DNA of 64,000 nt, taken from contig CAZICB010000001.1 in NCBI GenBank assembly GCA_964537765.1, positions 107,078-171,077 on the forward strand. Reading direction: 5' to 3'. The DNA comes from an uncultured Lachnospiraceae bacterium. GTDB taxonomy: Bacteria; Bacillota; Clostridia; Lachnospirales; Lachnospiraceae. This document shows positions 49,178-56,826 of this stretch, in pieces (the first letter of the stretch is position 1; each line of letters begins with the position of its first letter). The notes under the pieces were generated by a model that was given only the letters and a program-made list of their open reading frames with translations, was not told the DNA's origin and searched no databases. The position numbers and the translations under genes were made by a program.

Positions 49178-50062
49178 ATGCTGAGTTTTCTGTCTTATTT
49201 TATTAATGGAGTCAGCCTGGGAAGCATCTATGCGATTATCGCTCTGGGATATACAATGGTATATGGCATTGCGCGCATGCTGAACTTTGCTCATGGCGAT
49301 ATTATCATGGTAGGCGGCTTTGTGATTTTCACGATGGTGAATACTCTGGGGCTTCCGTCTCTGGCAAGCGTTTTGGTGGCTATGGTGCTGTGTACTATTC
49401 TGGGCATCACCATCGAGCGGATCGCTTACCGGCCGCTGCGAAGCGCGACCTCTCTGGCGGTATTGATTACGGCTATCGGCGTCAGCTATCTGCTGCAGAA
49501 TATTGCACTTCTGATTTTCGGCTCCAATGCCCGCCAGTTTACCTCCGTGGTAAATCTGCCGAATTTAAAGCTGGCCGGCGGACAGCTGACCATCTCCAGC
49601 GTGACCATCGTCACGATTATTACCTGTATCGTAATCATGGCGGGATTAACCTCTTTTATCAATAAAACCAAGATCGGTCAGGCCATGCTTGCCGTATCTG
49701 AGGATAAAGGCGCGGCGACTTTGATGGGTATCGACGTGAACCGGACCATCACCATCACCTTTGCCATCGGCTCCGCGTTGGCTGCAGTGGCGGGAGCGCT
49801 GCTTTGCTCGGCTTATCCCTCCCTGACTCCCTATACCGGCTCCATGCCCGGCATCAAGGCATTCGTTGCGGCCGTATTCGGCGGCATCGGTTCCATACCG
49901 GGAGCCTTGATCGGAGGCGTATTGCTGGGAATCATTGAGAACCTTTCCAAGGCCTATATTTCCTCCCAGCTTTCCGATGCCATCGTATTCTCCGTTTTGA
50001 TTATTGTCTTGCTGGTACGTCCCACAGGCATTCTGGGCAAGAAGATCAATGAGAAAGTGTAG
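49178..50062 (+). CDS. livH: BCAA ABC permease
   Basis: ALGYTMVYG..LNFAHG and GGIGSIPGA motifs. Confidence 0.93.
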   Translation: MLSFLSYFINGVSLGSIYAIIALGYTMVYGIARMLNFAHGDIIMVGGFVIFTMVNTLGLPSLASVLVAMVLCTILGITIERIAYRPLRSATSLAVLITAIGVSYLLQNIALLIFGSNARQFTSVVNLPNLKLAGGQLTISSVTIVTIITCIVIMAGLTSFINKTKIGQAMLAVSEDKGAATLMGIDVNRTITITFAIGSALAAVAGALLCSAYPSLTPYTGSMPGIKAFVAAVFGGIGSIPGALIGGVLLGIIENLSKAYISSQLSDAIVFSVLIIVLLVRPTGILGKKINEKV

Positions 50063-50071
50063 GTGGGCAGG

Positions 50072-51136
50072 ATGAAGAAAAATAAAATCTTGATTCAAAA
50101 CAGCATCACATATGCCATCGTGATCGGATGCTGGATTCTGGTCCAGATCCTTATCAGCACCGGGCATATGACCAGCCTTCTGAAGGGGATTTTAGTACCC
50201 CTTTGTATTTATTCGATCCTTGCGGTTTCCCTGAATTTGACAGTGGGAATTTTGGGCGAGCTGAGCCTGGGACATGCGGGCTTTATGTGTCTGGGAGCCT
50301 TTTCCGGAGCCTTTTTTACCAAATGTATGGAAGGAGCCATTCCCAGCGTGCAGGTGCGTTTCTTCATTGCCCTGCTGATCGGAGCGGCGGTGGCAGGCGT
50401 TTTTGGCTTCCTGATCGGTATCCCGGTGCTGCGCCTGAAGGGCGACTACCTGGCTATCGTAACCCTGGCTTTCGGCGAAATCATCAAAAACCTGATTAAC
50501 GTCATGTATATCGGCAAGGACAGCGCCGGCTTTCATTTTTCCATCAAGGATACGACTTCTTTAGGCATGGCTAGTGACGGCGTAGTGATTATCAAAGGTG
50601 CCCAGGGCATCACCGGCACGCCAAAGGCGGCCACCTTTACCATTGGCATTTTGCTGCTTTTGATTACTCTGGTGATCGTTCTGAACCTGATGAATTCCCG
50701 CACCGGACGGGCCATCATGGCCATCCGCGACAATCGGATCGCGGCGGAGTCCATCGGTATTAATGTCACCAAATATAAGCTGATGGCTTTCTCTATTTCC
50801 GCGGCCCTGGCCGGCGTGGCAGGCGTTTTATATGCCCATAATCTGTCCACCCTGGCGGCGACCACGAAAAATTTCGGTTACAATATGTCCATCATCATTT
50901 TGGTCTATGTGGTGCTGGGCGGCCTTGGAAATATCCGGGGCTCCATGATCGCGGCAGTGATCCTGACTTTGCTGCCGGAGTTGCTGCGCGGGCTGAATGA
51001 TTACCGTATGCTGATTTATGCGGTGGTGCTGATCGTGATGATGCTGTTTAACTCCAGCCCCAAGGCCATTGAAATGCGGGAAATCCTTATGGATAAATTG
51101 AAAAAGAAAAAATCTACGGCAAAGGAGGCTGCATAA
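50072..51136 (+). CDS. livM: BCAA ABC permease
   Basis: GELSLGHAGF, LRLKGDYLAIVTLAFGEI and AIRDN motifs. Confidence 0.93.
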   Translation: MKKNKILIQNSITYAIVIGCWILVQILISTGHMTSLLKGILVPLCIYSILAVSLNLTVGILGELSLGHAGFMCLGAFSGAFFTKCMEGAIPSVQVRFFIALLIGAAVAGVFGFLIGIPVLRLKGDYLAIVTLAFGEIIKNLINVMYIGKDSAGFHFSIKDTTSLGMASDGVVIIKGAQGITGTPKAATFTIGILLLLITLVIVLNLMNSRTGRAIMAIRDNRIAAESIGINVTKYKLMAFSISAALAGVAGVLYAHNLSTLAATTKNFGYNMSIIILVYVVLGGLGNIRGSMIAAVILTLLPELLRGLNDYRMLIYAVVLIVMMLFNSSPKAIEMREILMDKLKKKKSTAKEAA

Positions 51137-51138
51137 TC

Positions 51139-51897
51139 ATGGCTATGTTGGAAGTGAAAAATTTAAGCATCTCCTTTGGCGGCCTGAAAGCTGTGGATGA
51201 TTTTAATGTTACCATTGAGAAGGGACAGCTGTATGGTCTGATCGGCCCCAACGGCGCGGGAAAGACCACGGTTTTTAACCTGCTGACCGGAGTTTATAAG
51301 CCGGATCATGGCTCTATCCTCCTGGACGGCACCAATATCACCGGGAAAAAGACCATCGAGATCAATCAGGCCGGAATCGCCAGAACCTTCCAGAATATTC
51401 GCCTGTTCAAGGATCTGACGGTTTTGGACAATGTAAAAGCCGGGCTGCACAATCACCATTCCTATTCCACCTTTGAGGGGATCCTGCGTCTCCCCCGGTA
51501 TTTCAAGGTGGAGAAGGAGATGAATGAGCGGGCCATGGAGCTTTTAAAGGTTTTCGACCTGGACGGGGAGTATGATTACAAGGCATCCAACCTTCCTTAC
51601 GGAAAACAGAGAAAGCTGGAGATTGCCCGCGCCCTGGCTACGGATCCGAAGCTTCTGCTGCTGGATGAGCCGGCGGCCGGCATGAACCCCAACGAGACTG
51701 CGGAGCTGATGAATACGATCCGTTTTGTGCGGGATCATTTTGATATGACGATCCTGCTGATCGAGCATGATATGAGGCTGGTATCCGGTATCTGCGAGAA
51801 GCTGACGGTGCTGAATTTCGGCCAGGTTCTGACCCAGGGCAATACCACGGATGTGCTGAATGATAAGCGGGTGATCACCGCATATCTTGGAGAGTAG
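51139..51897 (+). CDS. livG: BCAA ABC ATPase
   Basis: GPNGAGKTT, RTFQNIRLF, LPYG and LDEPAAGMN motifs. Confidence 0.94.
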   Translation: MAMLEVKNLSISFGGLKAVDDFNVTIEKGQLYGLIGPNGAGKTTVFNLLTGVYKPDHGSILLDGTNITGKKTIEINQAGIARTFQNIRLFKDLTVLDNVKAGLHNHHSYSTFEGILRLPRYFKVEKEMNERAMELLKVFDLDGEYDYKASNLPYGKQRKLEIARALATDPKLLLLDEPAAGMNPNETAELMNTIRFVRDHFDMTILLIEHDMRLVSGICEKLTVLNFGQVLTQGNTTDVLNDKRVITAYLGE

Positions 51898-51910
51898 GAG
51901 GAGACAGATT

Positions 51911-52621
51911 ATGGCAATACTGGAAGTAAAAGACCTGGAGGTTTACTACGGTGTCATCCAGGCGATTAAGGGAATCTCCTTCGAGGTCAATCCAGGTGAG
52001 ATCATCGCTTTGATCGGAGCTAACGGCGCGGGAAAGACCACGACTTTGCAGACCATCACAGGACTGATCCCTTCCAAGGCAGGCACGATCACCTATGAGG
52101 GAAAAAATATCACCAAGGTTCCGGGCCATAAGCTGGTATCCATGGGCATCGCCCACGTTCCGGAGGGACGCCGGGTGTTTGCGGAACTGACGGTATTACA
52201 AAATTTGAAGCTTGGTGCCTACACCCGCAGCGATAAAAAAGAGCTGGAGGAAACCTTAAAGATGGTTTATGGCCGTTTTCCCCGTTTGGAGGAGCGCAAA
52301 AACCAGCTGGCGGGCACCTTGTCCGGCGGCGAGCAGCAGATGCTTGCCATGGGTCGGGCGCTGATGTCCCATCCGAAGCTGATCGTCATGGACGAGCCCT
52401 CCATGGGTTTGTCGCCCATCTATGTAAATGAGATCTTTGATATTATCCAAAAGATCAATGCCGACGGCGTGACGGTGCTTTTGGTGGAGCAAAATGCGAA
52501 GAAGGCATTGGCCATCGCGGACCGTGCTTACGTTCTGGAGACCGGAAAGATCGCCCTCAGCGGCGACGCCAAGGTGCTGATGAATGATGATTCGGTGAAG
52601 AAGGCATACTTGAGCGAATAA
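51911..52621 (+). CDS. livF: BCAA ABC ATPase
   Basis: GANGAGKTT, HVPEGRRVF, LSGGEQQM and VEQNA motifs. Confidence 0.94.
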   Translation: MAILEVKDLEVYYGVIQAIKGISFEVNPGEIIALIGANGAGKTTTLQTITGLIPSKAGTITYEGKNITKVPGHKLVSMGIAHVPEGRRVFAELTVLQNLKLGAYTRSDKKELEETLKMVYGRFPRLEERKNQLAGTLSGGEQQMLAMGRALMSHPKLIVMDEPSMGLSPIYVNEIFDIIQKINADGVTVLLVEQNAKKALAIADRAYVLETGKIALSGDAKVLMNDDSVKKAYLSE

Positions 52622-52635
52622 TCAGAAAAATTCAG

Positions 52636-52683
52636 AAATGCATTGAGACGCGTCACCGGCGCGTCTCAATGCATTTTGATGAA
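52636..52683. repeat. palindromic repeat family B, most perfect copy (may double as liv terminator)
   Basis: 17-bp perfect stem aaatgcattgagacgcg/cgcgtctcaatgcattt, loop tcaccgg, tail tgatgaa. Confidence 0.8.
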
Positions 52684-52712
52684 TCATAATCTTCCTCCTC
52701 CCCGCATATATT
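52684..52712 (+). promoter_or_regulatory. sigma-E promoter of spoIVA
   Basis: TCATAAT, 14 bp, CATATATT; spoIVA is a known sigma-E gene. Confidence 0.7.
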
Positions 52713-52793
52713 GATAACAATTCAGGACGGCGAAAAAAACGGGCACAGGGATCTGTGATGCTGTCCGGAGCAAGGAGCGAGGAGGACGGCATT

Positions 52794-54269
52794 ATGGACA
52801 TCTATGATGTATATCAGGATATTAAACGGCGAACCGGAGGGGAAATCTATCTGGGCATTGTCGGTCCGGTACGGACCGGAAAATCCACCTTTATCAAGCG
52901 GTTTATGGAGCAGATGGTGCTGCCGGATATGGCGGATGAGCATGCCCGCGCGCGGACGGTGGATGAGCTGCCTCAGAGTGCGGCCGGAAAGACCATCATG
53001 ACCACGGAGCCCAAGTTTATTCCCAAGGATGCGGCACAGGTGAAGCTGGCGGACGGGATCGAGGTGGCCTTGCGGCTGATTGACTGTGTGGGCTTTATGG
53101 TGGAGGGCGCCAGCGGGCATATTGAAAATGAGCAGGAGCGGATGGTAAAGACGCCCTGGTTCCAGACGGAGATTCCCTTCACCCGGGCGGCGGAGATCGG
53201 CACCCGCAAGGTGATCACCGAGCATTCCACCATTGGGATTGTGGTGACCACTGATGGATCCTTCGGGGATCTGAAGCGGGAAGCGTACATAGATGCGGAG
53301 GGGACGACCATCCGGGAATTAAAGGAGATCGGGAAGCCCTTTATCGTGCTTTTAAATTCCAGCCGGCCTTATTCGGAGGACACCAGGCAGCTGGCGCAGG
53401 AGATGCAGGACGCCTACGAGGTGACGGTACTGCCGGTCAATTGCGAGCAGCTGAAAAAAGAAGACATTAACCGGATTCTGGAAATGACCCTCAGGGAATT
53501 TCCGGTGACGGAAATCGATTTTTTCATTCCCAAATGGATGGAGATGCTTCCGAGGGAGCATTGGATCAAAACCCAGATCATGGATGCCTGCCGGAAGTAT
53601 CTGAGCGCCATCCGGCGGATGAAGGATGTGCCCTCTGTCTGGAGCGAGGAGGGCTTTCCGGTATTGGACCGGATGGATCTGGGGAAACTGAATTTGTCGG
53701 ACGGGACCGTGACTGTGACGGTGCATCCGGCGGACGGCTATTATTATCAGGTGCTCAGCGATTTTTCCGGGCTGCCCATCGAGGATGAGTATCAGCTTAT
53801 GAATCACCTGAAAGAGTTTTCTTCCATGCGGCAGGAGTACCAGAAGGTGGAGAATGCCCTGGCGCAGGTGCGGATGAAGGGCTACGGCGTGGTGACGCCG
53901 GACCAGAGCGAGATCGTTTTGGATGAGCCGATGGTGATCCGCCATGGAAATAAGTATGGAGTGAAGATGAAGGCGGAGGCGCCTTCCTTAAACCTGATTA
54001 AGGCCCATATTCAGACCGAGATTGCGCCTATCGTGGGCAGCGAACAGCAGGCACAGGATTTGATCGCCTATATGAAGGAAAATGCAAACAGCAAGGACGG
54101 CGGCATCTGGGAAACCAATATTTTCGGAAAATCCATCGCCCAGATCGTGGAGGACGGCATCCAGGCAAAGATCAGCCAAATGACCGAGGACTGCCAGATA
54201 AAACTTCAGGACGCCCTCAAAAAAATCATCAATGACAGCAATGGGGGAGTCATCTGCATCATCATCTAG
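52794..54269 (+). CDS. spoIVA: stage IV sporulation protein A
   Basis: GIVGPVRTGKSTFIKRFM, TTEPKFIP, TTDGS, IAPIVGSEQQ and WETNIFGKS motifs. Confidence 0.96.
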   Translation: MDIYDVYQDIKRRTGGEIYLGIVGPVRTGKSTFIKRFMEQMVLPDMADEHARARTVDELPQSAAGKTIMTTEPKFIPKDAAQVKLADGIEVALRLIDCVGFMVEGASGHIENEQERMVKTPWFQTEIPFTRAAEIGTRKVITEHSTIGIVVTTDGSFGDLKREAYIDAEGTTIRELKEIGKPFIVLLNSSRPYSEDTRQLAQEMQDAYEVTVLPVNCEQLKKEDINRILEMTLREFPVTEIDFFIPKWMEMLPREHWIKTQIMDACRKYLSAIRRMKDVPSVWSEEGFPVLDRMDLGKLNLSDGTVTVTVHPADGYYYQVLSDFSGLPIEDEYQLMNHLKEFSSMRQEYQKVENALAQVRMKGYGVVTPDQSEIVLDEPMVIRHGNKYGVKMKAEAPSLNLIKAHIQTEIAPIVGSEQQAQDLIAYMKENANSKDGGIWETNIFGKSIAQIVEDGIQAKISQMTEDCQIKLQDALKKIINDSNGGVICIII

Positions 54270-54290
54270 CTGTTTTGATCGGTCGGGAGC

Positions 54291-54368
54291 CCGTCAGCGA
54301 GATGAAGCAAAGCGAAATCGAGCTGCACTGCGCCGCCGGAAAAAGCGAAGCGGAATCTTGCTGCGCCA
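54291..54368. repeat. degenerate intergenic repeat (family C)
   Basis: Internal direct repeat aagcaaagcgaaatc..ctgcgcc / aagcgaagcggaatc..ctgcgcc; single copy in window. Confidence 0.4.
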
Positions 54369-54404
54369 AGGAGGATTACAAAGCCACAAAGGAGGTACAC
54401 ATAT

Positions 54405-56006
54405 ATGCGTTTAGTATTTAGCGGAGCCGCACATGAGGTTACGGGAAGCTGCCACTATCTGGAGGTCGGCGGAACCAGGCTGTTTGTGGACTGCGGCATG
54501 GAGCAGGGGCAGAATATTTACGAAAATGTTCCTCCGCCTGTATCCTACGCCCAGGTGGACTATGTGCTTTTAACCCATGCCCACATCGACCATGCGGGTA
54601 TGCTGCCCTACATCTATGCCAGGGGCTTTCGGGGAAAGGTGATCGCCACCCCGGCCACCTGTGACCTGTGCGATATTATGCTGAAGGACAGCGCCCACAT
54701 CCAGGAGATGGAGGCGGAATGGAAAAACCGGAAGGCAAGGCGTGCCGGTAAACCGGAGGTTCCACCTCTTTATGAGATGAATGACGCCCTGGGCGTGATC
54801 AATCTGTTTGTCCCCTGCGAATACGGCCAGCTGATGAAGCTGAGCGAGGAAATCACCGTGCGCTACACGGACGTGGGGCATCTGTTAGGCTCGGCTTCCA
54901 TCGAGATCTGGATGAAGGAAGGGGACGTGGAAAAGAAGATCGTCTTTTCCGGCGACATCGGCAACAAAAACAAGCCGCTGATCCGGGATCCTTCCTATAT
55001 TTCCGAAGCGGATTATGCGGTGATGGAGTCCACCTATGGGGACCGGTTCCATAAAAAAGGCGTCGACCACATTTCGGAGATTGTTAAAATCGTTCAGGAG
55101 ACCCTGGATATGGGCGGGAATGTGGTGATCCCGGCCTTTGCCGTGGGACGTACCCAGGAGCTTTTGTACTACTTCCGCCATATTAAGGCGGAGCGGCTGA
55201 TCCGCGGCCATGATAATTTTGAGGTTTATGTGGACAGCCCCCTGGCGGTGGAGGCCACCCACGTGTTTAAACAAAACCAGCTGGAATGCTACGACGAGGA
55301 GACCCAGGAGCTGGTACGGATGGGAGTCAATCCCATTTCCTTCCCGGGCTTAAAGCTTTCCATCACCAGCGAGGAATCAAAAAACATCAATTTTGACACC
55401 AAGCCGAAGGTGATTATTTCCGCGTCCGGCATGTGCGACGCCGGTCGGATCCGCCATCATTTAAAGCACAATCTGTGGCGGAAGGAATGCACGGTGATCT
55501 TTGCCGGATACCAGGCGGAGGGTACCATCGGGCGCACCCTGGTGGACGGGGGAAAAACGGTGAAGCTGTTTGGCGAGACCATTGATGTGGAGGCGCGGAT
55601 CGCCACCCTCCATGACATCAGCGGTCATGCCGACCAGAACGGACTTCTGGAATGGGCAAAGCATTTTACGAAGAAGCCGGAGCAGTTCTTTATCGTCCAC
55701 GGTCAGGACAGCGTTTGCGATCGGTTTGCCGAGCTTCTCACCAAACAGACCGGCGTGCCGGCGAAGGCGCCCTACAGCGGCGCGAAGTATGATCTGGCAA
55801 AGGGCGTATGGGTCAGCGAGCCGGCAGGCGTGCCGATTGTAAAGGCATCCGCGGCGACCAGGAAGGCACAGGGAGTCTTTGCACGTCTTGTGGCAGCCGG
55901 CGAGCGCCTGCTGCAGGTGATTTCCCACAACGAAGGCGGCGCCAACAAGGACCTGGCAAAGTTTGCCGATCAGATCAATGCCTTGTGTGATAAATGGGAC
56001 AGATAG
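54405..56006 (+). CDS. MBL-fold beta-CASP RNA-processing nuclease
   Basis: [44 protein letters not shown] and VHG motifs. Confidence 0.9.
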   Translation: MRLVFSGAAHEVTGSCHYLEVGGTRLFVDCGMEQGQNIYENVPPPVSYAQVDYVLLTHAHIDHAGMLPYIYARGFRGKVIATPATCDLCDIMLKDSAHIQEMEAEWKNRKARRAGKPEVPPLYEMNDALGVINLFVPCEYGQLMKLSEEITVRYTDVGHLLGSASIEIWMKEGDVEKKIVFSGDIGNKNKPLIRDPSYISEADYAVMESTYGDRFHKKGVDHISEIVKIVQETLDMGGNVVIPAFAVGRTQELLYYFRHIKAERLIRGHDNFEVYVDSPLAVEATHVFKQNQLECYDEETQELVRMGVNPISFPGLKLSITSEESKNINFDTKPKVIISASGMCDAGRIRHHLKHNLWRKECTVIFAGYQAEGTIGRTLVDGGKTVKLFGETIDVEARIATLHDISGHADQNGLLEWAKHFTKKPEQFFIVHGQDSVCDRFAELLTKQTGVPAKAPYSGAKYDLAKGVWVSEPAGVPIVKASAATRKAQGVFARLVAAGERLLQVISHNEGGANKDLAKFADQINALCDKWDR

Positions 56007-56020
56007 GAGACAGGAGGTTC

Positions 56021-56500
56021 ATGACAAAAGTACAGATTTTTACGGACGGCTCCGCCAGGGGCAACCCGGATGGGCCGGGGGGCTACGGCACCGTTTTGCA
56101 ATTTACCGACAGCAAGGGGCAGCTGCATGAGAAAACCCTTTCTGCGGGCTATAAAAGAACCACCAACAACCGGATGGAGCTGATGGCTGCTATTGTGGGC
56201 CTGGAAGCCTTGAACCGTCCCTGCGAGGTGGAGCTTTATTCCGATTCCAAATATCTGACGGACGCCTTTAACCAGCATTGGATCGAAAACTGGGTCAAAA
56301 ACAACTGGGTCCGGGGAAAAAGCGGCCCGGTGAAAAATATTGACCTGTGGGAACGGCTTTTAAAGGCCAGGGCGCCCCATCAGGTGACGTTTATCTGGGT
56401 GAAGGGCCACGCCGGCCATCCTCAGAACGAACGCTGTGACAGAGTGGCCACCTCGGCGGCCGACGGAACGGAGCTTTTGGAGGATGAAGCAGTCGGATGA
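56021..56500 (+). CDS. rnhA: ribonuclease HI
   Basis: [21 protein letters not shown] and [15 protein letters not shown] motifs. Confidence 0.95.
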   Translation: MTKVQIFTDGSARGNPDGPGGYGTVLQFTDSKGQLHEKTLSAGYKRTTNNRMELMAAIVGLEALNRPCEVELYSDSKYLTDAFNQHWIENWVKNNWVRGKSGPVKNIDLWERLLKARAPHQVTFIWVKGHAGHPQNERCDRVATSAADGTELLEDEAVG

Positions 56501-56554
56501 AAATGAGTTTTCATCTTGATAATTGATGCTTCCTATGATAAAATGGGCGGAAGA

Positions 56555-56613
56555 GAGCCGTAAGGGAGCTTGCTCACTTACGGTGAACGGCGATCACAAG
56601 CTATGCTTGTGAT
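56555..56613. repeat. two-hairpin repeat family A, copy 2
   Basis: ccgtaagggagc-tt-gctcacttacgg and atcacaagc-tat-gcttgtgat. Confidence 0.8.
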
Positions 56614-56661
56614 ACTATAAATGGATGGAGCATAGATATCTGAACGAAGGAGGATTTTAAT

Positions 56662-56808
56662 ATGGCAGCTATCGCAACCAGTTTCGCAGGATATACGTTG
56701 AAGGCAGTTATTTTTGGCGTAATCGCATATGCAGGTATCATATGCGGAAAAAAATTAAAAGATAAAAAAGTTGCATCCCAGGCTCAGGGCAGCCAGGAAG
56801 GCAAATAG
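56662..56808 (+). CDS. 48-aa single-pass membrane peptide (not in ORF track)
   Basis: AAGGAGG RBS; MAAIATSFAGYTLKAVIFGVIAYAGIICGKKLKDKKVASQAQGSQEGK; hydrophobic helix followed by a Lys cluster. Confidence 0.7.
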   Translation: MAAIATSFAGYTLKAVIFGVIAYAGIICGKKLKDKKVASQAQGSQEGK

Positions 56809-56826
56809 TACGGAGGAAGCGTTAAA

